The notes under the pieces are model-generated. The model searched no databases and was not told the DNA's origin. It saw nothing but the letters and a program-made list of their open reading frames with translations. From contig CBDHHL010000032.1 in NCBI GenBank assembly GCA_965263355.1, forward strand, positions 2,880,001 through 2,944,000: a stretch of 64,000 nt of DNA, in the 5' to 3' direction. Source of the DNA: Leptolyngbyaceae cyanobacterium. Lineage in GTDB: Bacteria > Cyanobacteriota > Cyanobacteriia > Phormidesmidales > Phormidesmidaceae. Shown here in pieces: positions 41,935 through 50,702 of the stretch (the first letter of the stretch is position 1; each line of letters begins with the position of its first letter). The position numbers and the translations under genes are program-made.

Positions 41935-42414
41935 GACACCCGCTCAAATCGAAGGTCTTCAAGTTTGCTTCTGTTTTACGGTGTCCATGGTGATTTTGGT
42001 TCCGCTGTTTTGCTGGGTTTTGCCTAACCGTCAGCACGTCCTCTAAAGCCGTCCATGTTTGCCATCCTTAACCTTAGTCCCTCAGGCATCTACCTATGCA
42101 ACTCACTTATCTCAGTACACTTTAAACTCATGCTACATAAGCTTGAGAAATCATCAAAACCGATTTCTAGCTTTGCCTTAGAGGCCTTAACTGCAGAATA
42201 AGGATACTCACAGAGTTCCTGCCAAATTCACTGCACATAACGTTACTTCGCAGGTGTATTACAGCGCATAGGTTCAAGTTTTCAATGTTGAATCCAGTAG
42301 AGTAGACGTCATATAGCCCTTGACTACTGTCAAGGGCTTTTTTTGCTCTGATTGGCGGACACGTTTGTATGGACCCTTTTCTCAATCTGGACTGACTTTA
42401 AACACAATCTGTTT

Positions 42415-44769
42415 TTAGATTTTATCCATGGGTAATAGGGTGCTCATATTGATCTCTTCACGCACCTCACGACTTACGTAGCAGTCTTCCTTAAGGCATT
42501 TAGCTAATAGTTTATTGACGTCATAGTATTCTTTAAGAGCGTTTATTTCAGATTTTGTGAAGTTCCAGTCATGGCCTATATTTCGGGTCTCCAGAATAAT
42601 AGTTCTAAAATGTTCGGTCCATGGCTTTAAATTTTCCATCCACCACCGTTCAGAAATTTCTAGTTCATTCGGTAGTTTTACCTTTAAGTCTGCTAATTGC
42701 TCTTGTAGTTGGGTGTCGATTGAATCATTAATACATCGATCTACAGATGGGATAATACTCTTGTAATTCTTTTCTAGCCTCACTCTTATTTGCTTCTTTT
42801 TTGTCTTTGAGCTTAGATTATTAAATTTAAGAATGCTTTTCTGAATTTCTAAGCAGTAGTTTAAAACTTTGATTAGGTCTGAATCCAATAAAAGATCTTT
42901 GCTAACTTTTCGTTGTTTAGCGATCGCACTTTCCTTGACTATCAAATTAAAATAAAATACTTGCCCGATCGCTTTAAGGTTAGAAATGTCTTGCTTACTC
43001 TTGATTGAGGCTGATTTATCGTTAAGCCAAGCAAGAAAAAGGCTGATATTTTCATTTTTTTCAACGATTTTATCGATCTCATTTTTGATGAGTTTAATTA
43101 AATAGTCGGCTTGTGGTAGCATACATGCAACTAATAGTAAAACCTCTTGCCATCTGTAGTCGTTGATATGAGTGACGAGTAAATTGAGCAGTTTATTTTG
43201 CTCTTTTGGATCTAGCGTCTTAACGATTTTAAGGCTGACAAAATATTCATGAAATGTTCTATGGGAGAATGAATAAATTCCCTTAGCTACCTCAACAATT
43301 AAACCATGCTGAGCGATCATCGACTTTAGTACTGAGTTACAAGCGGTTTCAATGTCGTCTGGTGCGTAGGTAGACTCGGGTAAATTAGAGATATATTCCC
43401 TGATTTCATATTCAACGGTTTCTTTTTTGAATAAGCCTTCATTTTTTTCAAAGGTAGCGTAGGCTATTTTACTGAGTAAATCTTCTTTTTTATGTTTAGA
43501 GAGCTTTCTATAGGTTTCAGGGCGTTCCACAGCTCGGCTAATATCCCACTTCCGCAATAAAACATCCAGACCTTCTTGATAGAGTTCGGCTTGATTTTTA
43601 GGAAACTCTTCCGATTCCTCAAAGACAATACATAATAATGTTAGTAGTAACGGATTAGTGGCAAGTTCACTAATTTCTTGGTCATCCTTAAGTCGGTTGA
43701 TAAACTTTTTAGTTTTTCGAGGAGACTGTTTAGTAGCAAACCAGTTGCTGACAAAGATAGCAATTTGCTCTTTGGTAAAGTCACATACTTCGACTTCTAA
43801 AAAACGTTCAAATCTATATTCACTTGCGGCTAATCTACAGGTGATAATAAATCTGTTGTGACTAAAAAAATGTGATAATTCTTTTATCTGTCTGATAACA
43901 CGATGAAAATTTTCTTTTCTAACTTCATCTAAGCCATCAAAAAGAAATATGACCCTGGCTTCTTTCAACAGCCTTGCCAAGATTTCTGGATTAACTTTGT
44001 AATGACTTAACTCATTTTCGATATGCGTTTTTAGGTCAACGTCATGGGCTTGATCTTGAAAATCCTTAAGGGATACAAAAATAGGGACATGACCCGGTAG
44101 AAGTTCTGATCGATTTGTAAACGTTGCAATATATTTAAGGAAGGTAGTTTTTCCGGCTCCTGGTTTCCCTAAAATCATCAGTTTTGAGCAATTTTGTAGC
44201 AGCTCAATGCCTGATATTTTTGTTCCCTCAAATAGTCTGGATATATTAAATTTTGGATCGTTCTTCTTGGTACGCTGTTTGATTTTTTCAACTAGATCCG
44301 ATAGCTCTATCCGTCTTTGCGATGGAATCTGGTTAGTAATCTTGACTTCTGTAAAAATATCTTCCACTTCAATGGGCTTGCTCATGTCAAGAATTTGTAT
44401 CTTGCCGCATCTTGCATCAATGAGTTCTTGAGTATCCTGTTGAACTGTTTTGACTAAATCATCAATTGCTGTGTCGATAAGTTGAGCCGTTTGTATCGTA
44501 TCTGAATGTGCTTTTTGGTACATGTCAAGCACCTCTAAAAAGAGGAGCTTAGCCTTTCCCGGAAAATTCCCAGAAGGCATCTTGAACTTTTTATACACCT
44601 GAGTCATCCGAGAGCTGTATCGGTCTCTGGAGATGTTTAATTCTTTGGCAATGACTAAATCTGTCAGTTTAATCTTGGTGAGACGTGCTATAAATGCCTC
44701 TTTCTCAAATGAGTTTAGGCCTTTTTGATCGGCTACCATCTCAAGATATTTTTCAGGGATAGAAGGCAT
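42415..44769 (-). CDS. NACHT-family STAND NTPase with N-terminal HTH-like domain and C-terminal helical domain
   Basis: IAKELNIS..RYSSRMTQVYKKF (HTH-like), GKPGAGKT Walker A, FLFDGLDE Walker B, ITCR, NPLLLTL, YSFSHRTFHEYF, RNIGHDWNF...YYDVNKLL. Confidence 0.92.
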   Translation of the reverse strand: MPSIPEKYLEMVADQKGLNSFEKEAFIARLTKIKLTDLVIAKELNISRDRYSSRMTQVYKKFKMPSGNFPGKAKLLFLEVLDMYQKAHSDTIQTAQLIDTAIDDLVKTVQQDTQELIDARCGKIQILDMSKPIEVEDIFTEVKITNQIPSQRRIELSDLVEKIKQRTKKNDPKFNISRLFEGTKISGIELLQNCSKLMILGKPGAGKTTFLKYIATFTNRSELLPGHVPIFVSLKDFQDQAHDVDLKTHIENELSHYKVNPEILARLLKEARVIFLFDGLDEVRKENFHRVIRQIKELSHFFSHNRFIITCRLAASEYRFERFLEVEVCDFTKEQIAIFVSNWFATKQSPRKTKKFINRLKDDQEISELATNPLLLTLLCIVFEESEEFPKNQAELYQEGLDVLLRKWDISRAVERPETYRKLSKHKKEDLLSKIAYATFEKNEGLFKKETVEYEIREYISNLPESTYAPDDIETACNSVLKSMIAQHGLIVEVAKGIYSFSHRTFHEYFVSLKIVKTLDPKEQNKLLNLLVTHINDYRWQEVLLLVACMLPQADYLIKLIKNEIDKIVEKNENISLFLAWLNDKSASIKSKQDISNLKAIGQVFYFNLIVKESAIAKQRKVSKDLLLDSDLIKVLNYCLEIQKSILKFNNLSSKTKKKQIRVRLEKNYKSIIPSVDRCINDSIDTQLQEQLADLKVKLPNELEISERWWMENLKPWTEHFRTIILETRNIGHDWNFTKSEINALKEYYDVNKLLAKCLKEDCYVSREVREEINMSTLLPMDKI

Positions 44770-45010
44770 ATTCAGGAACTTAGAAGACTTCCATCTGTTA
44801 TAACATCATATTTCGTTGATATAACATTATGTATAGTCGAGTGATATGACTCTTATAGAAATAGACCGAACAGTGTTGAAAATAAAATGCTGTTGCTAGA
44901 ATTGACATGGGCTGGAATGCATGATCCTCTGATAGCGTTCATTCCGTTTCTAGGATGTCAATCTGTGTAAATGACTTTTGAGTTATTGATTTCAGACGTT
45001 TCCGGAAAAG

Positions 45011-45060
45011 ATCAGCGAAGTCAACAGGTATGTCAATGAAGTCAACAGATATGTCAGCGA
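45011..45060. promoter_or_regulatory. 21-bp-period direct repeat in the divergent promoter region
   Basis: GAAGTCAACAG(G/A)TATGTCA at 45017 and 45038; GTCA at 45020, 45032, 45041, 45053. Confidence 0.55.
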
Positions 45061-45235
45061 CAAATATGCGATTCTTGATATCAATGAGTTCCTGATGTCG
45101 TTGCAATAGTTGAGAGTAAGATCAACGCATATGTTTATGTAAGTTGATTGTTGACATTGTTTAAATCCTGTAGAGATTTTTTGTTGGCTAGAAGAGTTGT
45201 TCGCTGCATTTATTAGTCTAGACTGGTTTAGAGGT

Positions 45236-45568
45236 ATGACTCATTTAATAGAACAGGATTGGTGTGATGATGCGATTCATACACACCGAGAGTTTCTGGC
45301 GTTAGCGATGCATGGAACGTTCAACACAAAGGATGACTTGCATGAATGTCACAAGCCCTGTTTTTTGCCTGCTGATGTTTGTTTGGGAGGGATTGGCATG
45401 GTTTACACCGAAATTACTGCCTTTAAGAAAGGGGTGGTTAGATTAGATGATCATTGGTGGTGGTTTGCTCTCTCTAATGGTGGTATGACTATTTCTCCAG
45501 GGCAACAAATCCATGTTACAGGCCTACAAGGCTACACGTTATTGGTTGAAAGCATTCTGTGTAAGTAG
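45236..45568 (+). CDS. NfeD-like C-terminal OB-fold protein, soluble
   Basis: GMVYTEI....KGVVRLDDHWWWFA.......PGQQIHVTGLQGYTLLVE; ATG 45236 after GAGG. Confidence 0.7.
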   Translation: MTHLIEQDWCDDAIHTHREFLALAMHGTFNTKDDLHECHKPCFLPADVCLGGIGMVYTEITAFKKGVVRLDDHWWWFALSNGGMTISPGQQIHVTGLQGYTLLVESILCK

Positions 45569-45612
45569 ACGATTGTGTCGTGTGAATCTTGTTGTGTACA
45601 GGGTGTAGGATA

Positions 45613-45825
45613 ATGGGAGAAAAGAGTTCAAGGATTGGATATACGTTGTATCACTGTCCAAAGTGTTTGAAGCCGTCTTTACTGGAGGTGGATTTCAGTC
45701 TTTATCGGTGTATTGCATGCAGTTCTTTAAAGACTGAATCTAGCCATCAACAAGATAGTGATGATAATCCTCCTTTTTGGTCAATGTTGTTAACGATGTT
45801 CTTTCTGTTAATTATCTTGTTGTAA
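45613..45825 (+). CDS. Small CxxC...CxxC Zn-ribbon protein with C-terminal TM helix
   Basis: CPKC...YRCIAC and terminal FWSMLLTMFFLLIILL. Confidence 0.65.
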   Translation: MGEKSSRIGYTLYHCPKCLKPSLLEVDFSLYRCIACSSLKTESSHQQDSDDNPPFWSMLLTMFFLLIILL

Positions 45826-46150
45826 GGGCTTCAATGCCCTCTTTGTGATTGTGGTGTGTGTTCTTAAGGAAGACTGCTTGGTTGGCGTGCTTAGTATTTT
45901 GTCAGGTCTAAGATGTTGGGTAAAAGAACGATAGACTAAACTGTGGAATAGATCTGTTATGAACTATTCCGCCTTATTCTTAGACTTGGCATTGTACTAG
46001 GCTAGAGTTTTGATCTGTTATCCAATTGGGTGTGTACCTAAAAATCTAGCCCTGTTTCCATGGCTAGGGTGTAAAAAAAATTAGTGACTCTTGTGTCGTT
46101 GTTAACTATCCGCGATAGAGTCGAAAGACACTTCTCGTCTAACGACTACG

Positions 46151-47224
46151 ATGACCACCCCTGCTAACAATTCACCGACTGTGGATACTGAGGCCTTAAT
46201 CCTGCAATTGCGGCGTAAGCAAGGCAACTGGGTTGCTTGGGCAACTGCCTGTCAAACCCTGCAAAAGTCTGGCATGTCACCCCAAGTAATTTTTGAAGGG
46301 ACTGGCTTTGAGCCAATTCAGCAGAATCAGATTGTTGTGGCGGGGCAGGTCTATCAGTCGATTGTAGACGGAGCTGTCTCAGAATCTGCGTTGGAGCACT
46401 TTACAGCTCGTGGTAGTGACTCCTTGTATGAGCTGCGGATTCTGTCCAAGGAAGATCGGGCAAAAGCCGTACAGTTTATCTACGACCAGGGTTTAGATTC
46501 AGAGCAAGTGCGCGATGTGGCCAAAGCTCTGAAGGAATTTTCATACCGTAGTGATCTGCCCACTGGTTTTACCGATCATCCTGGAGATGCAGTTGCGTTT
46601 TCCTATTGGACCTTTGCCCGCCAGACGTCTGATTTGCAAGCAAGATCACGGCTGATTGCTCAAGGTTTACGGTTTGCCCATAGTGCTGGAGCCCGTGAGG
46701 CCATTGAAAAGTTGCTCACTGACTTTGCTGTTATCAAAGCTAAGTCGGCCCCACGGTTACCCCTATTTCGCTTTGAGACTGATACCGATGTGCCCTATGT
46801 GGTGCCGATGGTGGGCCAATGGCCGATCTCAACAGCTGATTTCCAGGCGGTGCCTAAAATGGAGCCAGACGGGGCGTTTGGCGTTGTGCAATCTACTGGT
46901 GGCCATGCCTGGGTGCCGATGCCGGGATGGCAGGTGGTGCTGACGGCGCAGGATGCGATCGCATTCCTCATGCCATTTAATGCCTTGCCTAGCCAAACCG
47001 ATAGCACTGTGTCTGAGATCGTCTTGGTGTTGGTCGATCGACAGCAGCACACCTGGACTGATGACAGTTACTTCATTATTAATGACGATAGCGGTCAGCT
47101 CGCTATACGCTGGTTTGACAAAGAGCCTGGTATATCCCTGTTAGGTCGAGTAATTGTGATTGTGCGTCCTAAGAAAGTGTTGGATGAAGCCTACACTCAG
47201 GAACTCTGGCAGATTGACGAATAG
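46151..47224 (+). CDS. raf1: Rubisco accumulation factor 1
   Basis: LRRKQGNWVAW, IFEGTGFEPIQQNQ, GSDSLYELR, HPGDAVA, RPKKV...WQIDE. Confidence 0.95.
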   Translation: MTTPANNSPTVDTEALILQLRRKQGNWVAWATACQTLQKSGMSPQVIFEGTGFEPIQQNQIVVAGQVYQSIVDGAVSESALEHFTARGSDSLYELRILSKEDRAKAVQFIYDQGLDSEQVRDVAKALKEFSYRSDLPTGFTDHPGDAVAFSYWTFARQTSDLQARSRLIAQGLRFAHSAGAREAIEKLLTDFAVIKAKSAPRLPLFRFETDTDVPYVVPMVGQWPISTADFQAVPKMEPDGAFGVVQSTGGHAWVPMPGWQVVLTAQDAIAFLMPFNALPSQTDSTVSEIVLVLVDRQQHTWTDDSYFIINDDSGQLAIRWFDKEPGISLLGRVIVIVRPKKVLDEAYTQELWQIDE

Positions 47225-47256
47225 ACCTATAAAACACCCACAGGTAGGAAAAAACG

Positions 47257-47487
47257 ATGGCCTTAGAACGTCGACTATCGCGAGCAATGTTTGAAGCCAC
47301 TGAACTGGTAGAACTGCGTCAAATTTGCTTTACCCCAGGTCGTGTATTTGAACCCGGCAAGTACATTACCGGCGATTTACCCGATGTGGCATTTACCATG
47401 GGGCTGGTAGAAAAACTCCCACCCGTTCGCGGTAAGAGTGAAGCAATCGCTGATGCAGAAGACGGTGCTGAGAACACCGAAGCATAG
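47257..47487 (+). CDS. Small hypothetical protein
   Basis: 76 aa, AGGA SD upstream, codirectional with raf1. Confidence 0.6.
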   Translation: MALERRLSRAMFEATELVELRQICFTPGRVFEPGKYITGDLPDVAFTMGLVEKLPPVRGKSEAIADAEDGAENTEA

Positions 47488-47534
47488 CGGTTGCTGGCCA
47501 AATACGAATTCACTAACCCTGATTCAAAGTAAAC

Positions 47535-47599
47535 CTTGTCCACGTCCAGAACTGGAGTTTTTTCGTAGAATAACCTGCAGGTTTCAACTTGGACGTGGT
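47535..47599 (+). repeat. ~65-bp MITE-like element, copy 1
   Basis: CTTGTCCACGTCCAGAACT...TTGGACGTGGT; inverted copy at 48920-48985. Confidence 0.75.
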
Positions 47600-47627
47600 T
47601 TAGATAATTTTGTAGGGGCTGTACCTT

Positions 47628-48245
47628 GTGCTAGCCCAAGGAGCTATATCTATCTATACTCGTCCGTTAGCGAAATTAATTGAGGAGTTTCAGAGATTGC
47701 CCGGTGTGGGTCCAAAAACTGCCCAGCGACTGGCATTGCACATTTTAAAGCGACCTGAAACTGAAGTGCGGGCATTGGCCCAGGCACTTGTGGATGCCAA
47801 GCAACAAGTGGGGCAATGCTCAATTTGCTTTCACCTGTCGGCAGACCCTGTTTGTGATATCTGTCGCTCCAAACGTCGGGATAATCAAACCCTCTGTGTA
47901 GTGGCAGATTCCCGCGATGTGATTGCGATTGAGCGGACTCGGGAGTTTAAGGGCAAGTACCATGTACTAGGTGGCCTGATTTCCCCCATGGATGGCATTG
48001 GCCCAGAGCAGTTAAATATTGGTCAATTGGTGCATCGGGTCAATAAAGACGACATTACCGAAGTGATTTTGGCCATCAGCCCCAGTATTGAGGGAGATAC
48101 TACGACGCTCTATGTGGGGCAGTTGGTTAAACCCTTTACCAAAGTGACCCGTATTGCCTTTGGTTTACCTATGGGGGGCGATTTGGAGTACGCGGATGAG
48201 GTTACATTGGCTAGAGCGCTGGAAGGACGTCAGGCACTCAGTTAA
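47628..48245 (+). CDS. recR: Recombination mediator RecR
   Basis: [12 protein letters not shown]hH, CSIC..CDIC Zn finger, YHVLGG, Toprim EGDTT, DLEYAD; real start may be ATC 47652. Confidence 0.97.
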   Translation: MLAQGAISIYTRPLAKLIEEFQRLPGVGPKTAQRLALHILKRPETEVRALAQALVDAKQQVGQCSICFHLSADPVCDICRSKRRDNQTLCVVADSRDVIAIERTREFKGKYHVLGGLISPMDGIGPEQLNIGQLVHRVNKDDITEVILAISPSIEGDTTTLYVGQLVKPFTKVTRIAFGLPMGGDLEYADEVTLARALEGRQALS

Positions 48246-48252
48246 AGATGTC

Positions 48253-48273
48253 GTAGGGTGGGCTTTGCCCACC
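48253..48273 (+). repeat. GTAG-type REP hairpin
   Basis: GTAGGGTGGGCTTTGCCCACC between convergent recR and response regulator. Confidence 0.8.
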
Positions 48274-48289
48274 TGACTCAAGGTAATCG

Positions 48290-48844
48290 CTATCGCAGCT
48301 TTTGCTTGATAAAAGCCAAAATCTTGGCAGTCTGATTTTTGAGCGCAGCTACTTCTTTTTTCAGGGTGGCAACCTCCTGTTTCAACGCTGCAATTTCAGC
48401 CGCACTTTCATCATTGGTCGCAGCGTTAGCCGGTGCAGCAGTAGTCTTGCTGGTGGGACGTACCTTACGCGCCTTAACCATTGATGCCTTAATGGCTTCA
48501 ATTAGTTCTTTTTGCTCAAAGGGTTTCTGAATAAACTCAAAATATTCAAAGGGGCCTGGAATTTTTTCTGTCACTTCTTCCCGCCGACCAGACATAAGGA
48601 CGAGGGGAATTTTTTGGAGTTCTGAGGAAGCTTGAATTTCTTGGAAGACTTCCCACCCGCTCATGCGTGGTAGCAAAAAATCCAGCATGATCAGGTTAGG
48701 CTTTTCGTTGCGAATAGCATCCAACCCTTCAACGCCGTCGGTGGCTTCAAGCACCTCAAAGTTACCCTGGGGCAACATTTCCCGTACGCGCATGCGGATG
48801 ACCCGGCTATCATCGATAACTAAAATCTTATGACTGGCTGCCAC
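48290..48844 (-). CDS. Response regulator (receiver plus short coiled coil, no DNA-binding domain)
   Basis: ILVIDD, MLDFLLP, LMSG, QKPF; C-term heptads. Confidence 0.92.
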   Translation of the reverse strand: MAASHKILVIDDSRVIRMRVREMLPQGNFEVLEATDGVEGLDAIRNEKPNLIMLDFLLPRMSGWEVFQEIQASSELQKIPLVLMSGRREEVTEKIPGPFEYFEFIQKPFEQKELIEAIKASMVKARKVRPTSKTTAAPANAATNDESAAEIAALKQEVATLKKEVAALKNQTAKILAFIKQKLR

Positions 48845-48919
48845 GACTGACTCCTGATAATAGATAGCTACAGTTAAAAAGAGAGGCTACTGATTTTGCT
48901 CTGGTTCAGTAACGGTATT

Positions 48920-48985
48920 CACCACATCCAAGGGAAACCCTATAGATTTTTCCACAGAAAAACTCAAGTTCTGGACGTGGACAAG
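48920..48985 (-). repeat. ~65-bp MITE-like element, copy 2 (inverted)
   Basis: Reverse complement CTTGTCCACGTCCAGAACTTGAGTTTTT...TTGGATGTGGTG aligns along copy 1. Confidence 0.75.
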
Positions 48986-49114
48986 TTATATAGCAATGTT
49001 GCCCATGTGAGCAATGATGGTAAGTCTGCCCCTGACTAGTTTCTAAGAATCATATAGGATCAAAAAGGCTAAGGAACGCTGCTGTAAAGTCACTACTGTG
49101 GCTATGCTCGCGTC

Positions 49115-50071
49115 ATGCTGAAGGCTATTCAGCCTACTGTAGAACAAACTGATTGTGTCATGGAAAGTTTATCTCAAATACGTTCTAGCGGTGTTGTCAG
49201 GCCTGAAATTGTGCAGCTGCCTGATTGGCTGAGACGCCCCATTGGTCGGGCTAGCGAGCTATCAACAGTACAAAAAATCATTAAGCAGCGTCAGATTCAT
49301 ACGATTTGTGAGGAAGGACGATGTCCCAATCGTAGTGAGTGCTACGCCAATAAAACGGCCTCATTTTTGTTAATGGGTCCCACCTGTACCCGTGCCTGTG
49401 CATTTTGCCAGGTGGATAAGGGGCATGCCCCTATGCCCTTGGACCCTGAAGAGCCTCAAAAGGTGGCTGAATCAGTGAAATTACTGGGCTTAAAGTACGT
49501 GGTGCTGACATCGGTGGCACGGGATGATTTGCCGGATCAGGGGGCAAGTTGGTTTGTGGCGACTATGGCAGCCATTCGTACCATCAGCCCAGATACCCAA
49601 ATTGAGTTGCTTACCCCTGATTTTTGGGGTGGCCCTAAGCCTGAGCACCAGCAAAAGCAACGGCTAAGGACGGTAGTGGCAGCTAAGCCCGCTTGCTTTA
49701 ATCACAATGTGGAGACGGTTGAGCGTTTACAGGACCCAGTGCGTCGTGGTGCTAAGTATCGCCGTTCGTTGGCGGTATTACGCTATGTCAAGGAATTAGA
49801 TGCGTCTATTCCCACGAAGTCTGGGTTGATGCTAGGCCATGGTGAAACTGAAGAGGAGTTGGTCATAGCTATGAAGGATTTACGGGCGGTTGGTTGCGAT
49901 CGCATCACCCTGGGGCAATACATGCGTCCCTCTTTAGCCCATCTCCCTGTTCAACGCTATTGGACTCCCGAAGAATTTGATCATCTGGGGGAGATTGCCC
50001 GCGACCTTGGGTTTTCCCAGGTGCGTTCAGGTCCCCTGGTGCGTAGCTCGTACCATGCAGGCGAGGAATAA
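49115..50071 (+). CDS. lipA: Lipoyl synthase
   Basis: [12 protein letters not shown] (CX4CX5C), CTRACAFC radical-SAM motif, RSSY. Confidence 0.97.
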   Translation: MLKAIQPTVEQTDCVMESLSQIRSSGVVRPEIVQLPDWLRRPIGRASELSTVQKIIKQRQIHTICEEGRCPNRSECYANKTASFLLMGPTCTRACAFCQVDKGHAPMPLDPEEPQKVAESVKLLGLKYVVLTSVARDDLPDQGASWFVATMAAIRTISPDTQIELLTPDFWGGPKPEHQQKQRLRTVVAAKPACFNHNVETVERLQDPVRRGAKYRRSLAVLRYVKELDASIPTKSGLMLGHGETEEELVIAMKDLRAVGCDRITLGQYMRPSLAHLPVQRYWTPEEFDHLGEIARDLGFSQVRSGPLVRSSYHAGEE

Positions 50072-50102
50072 CCCTGAGGGTGACCACCGGGTACGCCGCC
50101 GC

Positions 50103-50606
50103 CTAGTCAACAACTGTTTGTGCTGCTAATTCCCGCCATTCTTGAACCGCATAGGGGGGCACAATAATTTCGCTAACGGCCTTTCCCTGGAGCGGCACTG
50201 CCAAGGTTAACGGAATTGCTTTTTGTAAGTCAGCAATGACAGCAGCAACATTATATTGATTAGTGTTGCTAGGCAGGGCTGGAGTGGATTGATCCAGCTG
50301 TGGAATTGCTTGCCAGTTGAGCGCTGTGCCTGTGTTGATGGATAAGGGCTTGTGCGGTTCCACCTCGACAACGCCAGGAAAACCCACCAGACGCAAATAT
50401 ATGCCTTCTAAACCATCGGCTTGATAGCGTTTGAATAAAATAGCTTGCCAGGAACGGCCTGTGCGATCGCGTAAGCTTTGTTGCGATCGCACTGTTGTTT
50501 GACCTGGACGTTCATGATAAACGTGCACCGATGCCAATACAGGGGGAGTGGCGAAAACGCAGTGTAGACACAAACAAACAAAAATGCCAATCAGCTGCCG
50601 AACCAT
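50103..50606 (-). CDS. DUF3122-like exported protein
   Basis: Signal peptide; RSQQSLRD..G.SWQAILFKR, LRLVGFPG, VQEW. Confidence 0.75.
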   Translation of the reverse strand: MVRQLIGIFVCLCLHCVFATPPVLASVHVYHERPGQTTVRSQQSLRDRTGRSWQAILFKRYQADGLEGIYLRLVGFPGVVEVEPHKPLSINTGTALNWQAIPQLDQSTPALPSNTNQYNVAAVIADLQKAIPLTLAVPLQGKAVSEIIVPPYAVQEWRELAAQTVVD

Positions 50607-50634
50607 GGAATGCCCCCACCTCGAAATTACACCC

Positions 50635-50668
50635 GTTGTCGGGGCGTTGCATGCAATACCCCGACAAC
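50635..50668. repeat. REP-like palindrome (GTCG variant of 34429 family)
   Basis: GTTGTCGGGGCGTTGCATGCAATACCCCGACAAC. Confidence 0.75.
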
Positions 50669-50702
50669 AGGATCTATCTAACCATTCGCATAGACGATTT
50701 AC

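Noticed and set aside
41333..46150. Integrative element inserted at tRNA-Ala
   Set aside because: The NACHT patch is on the 5' side of the tRNA, with no integrase and no duplicated tRNA 3' end seen.
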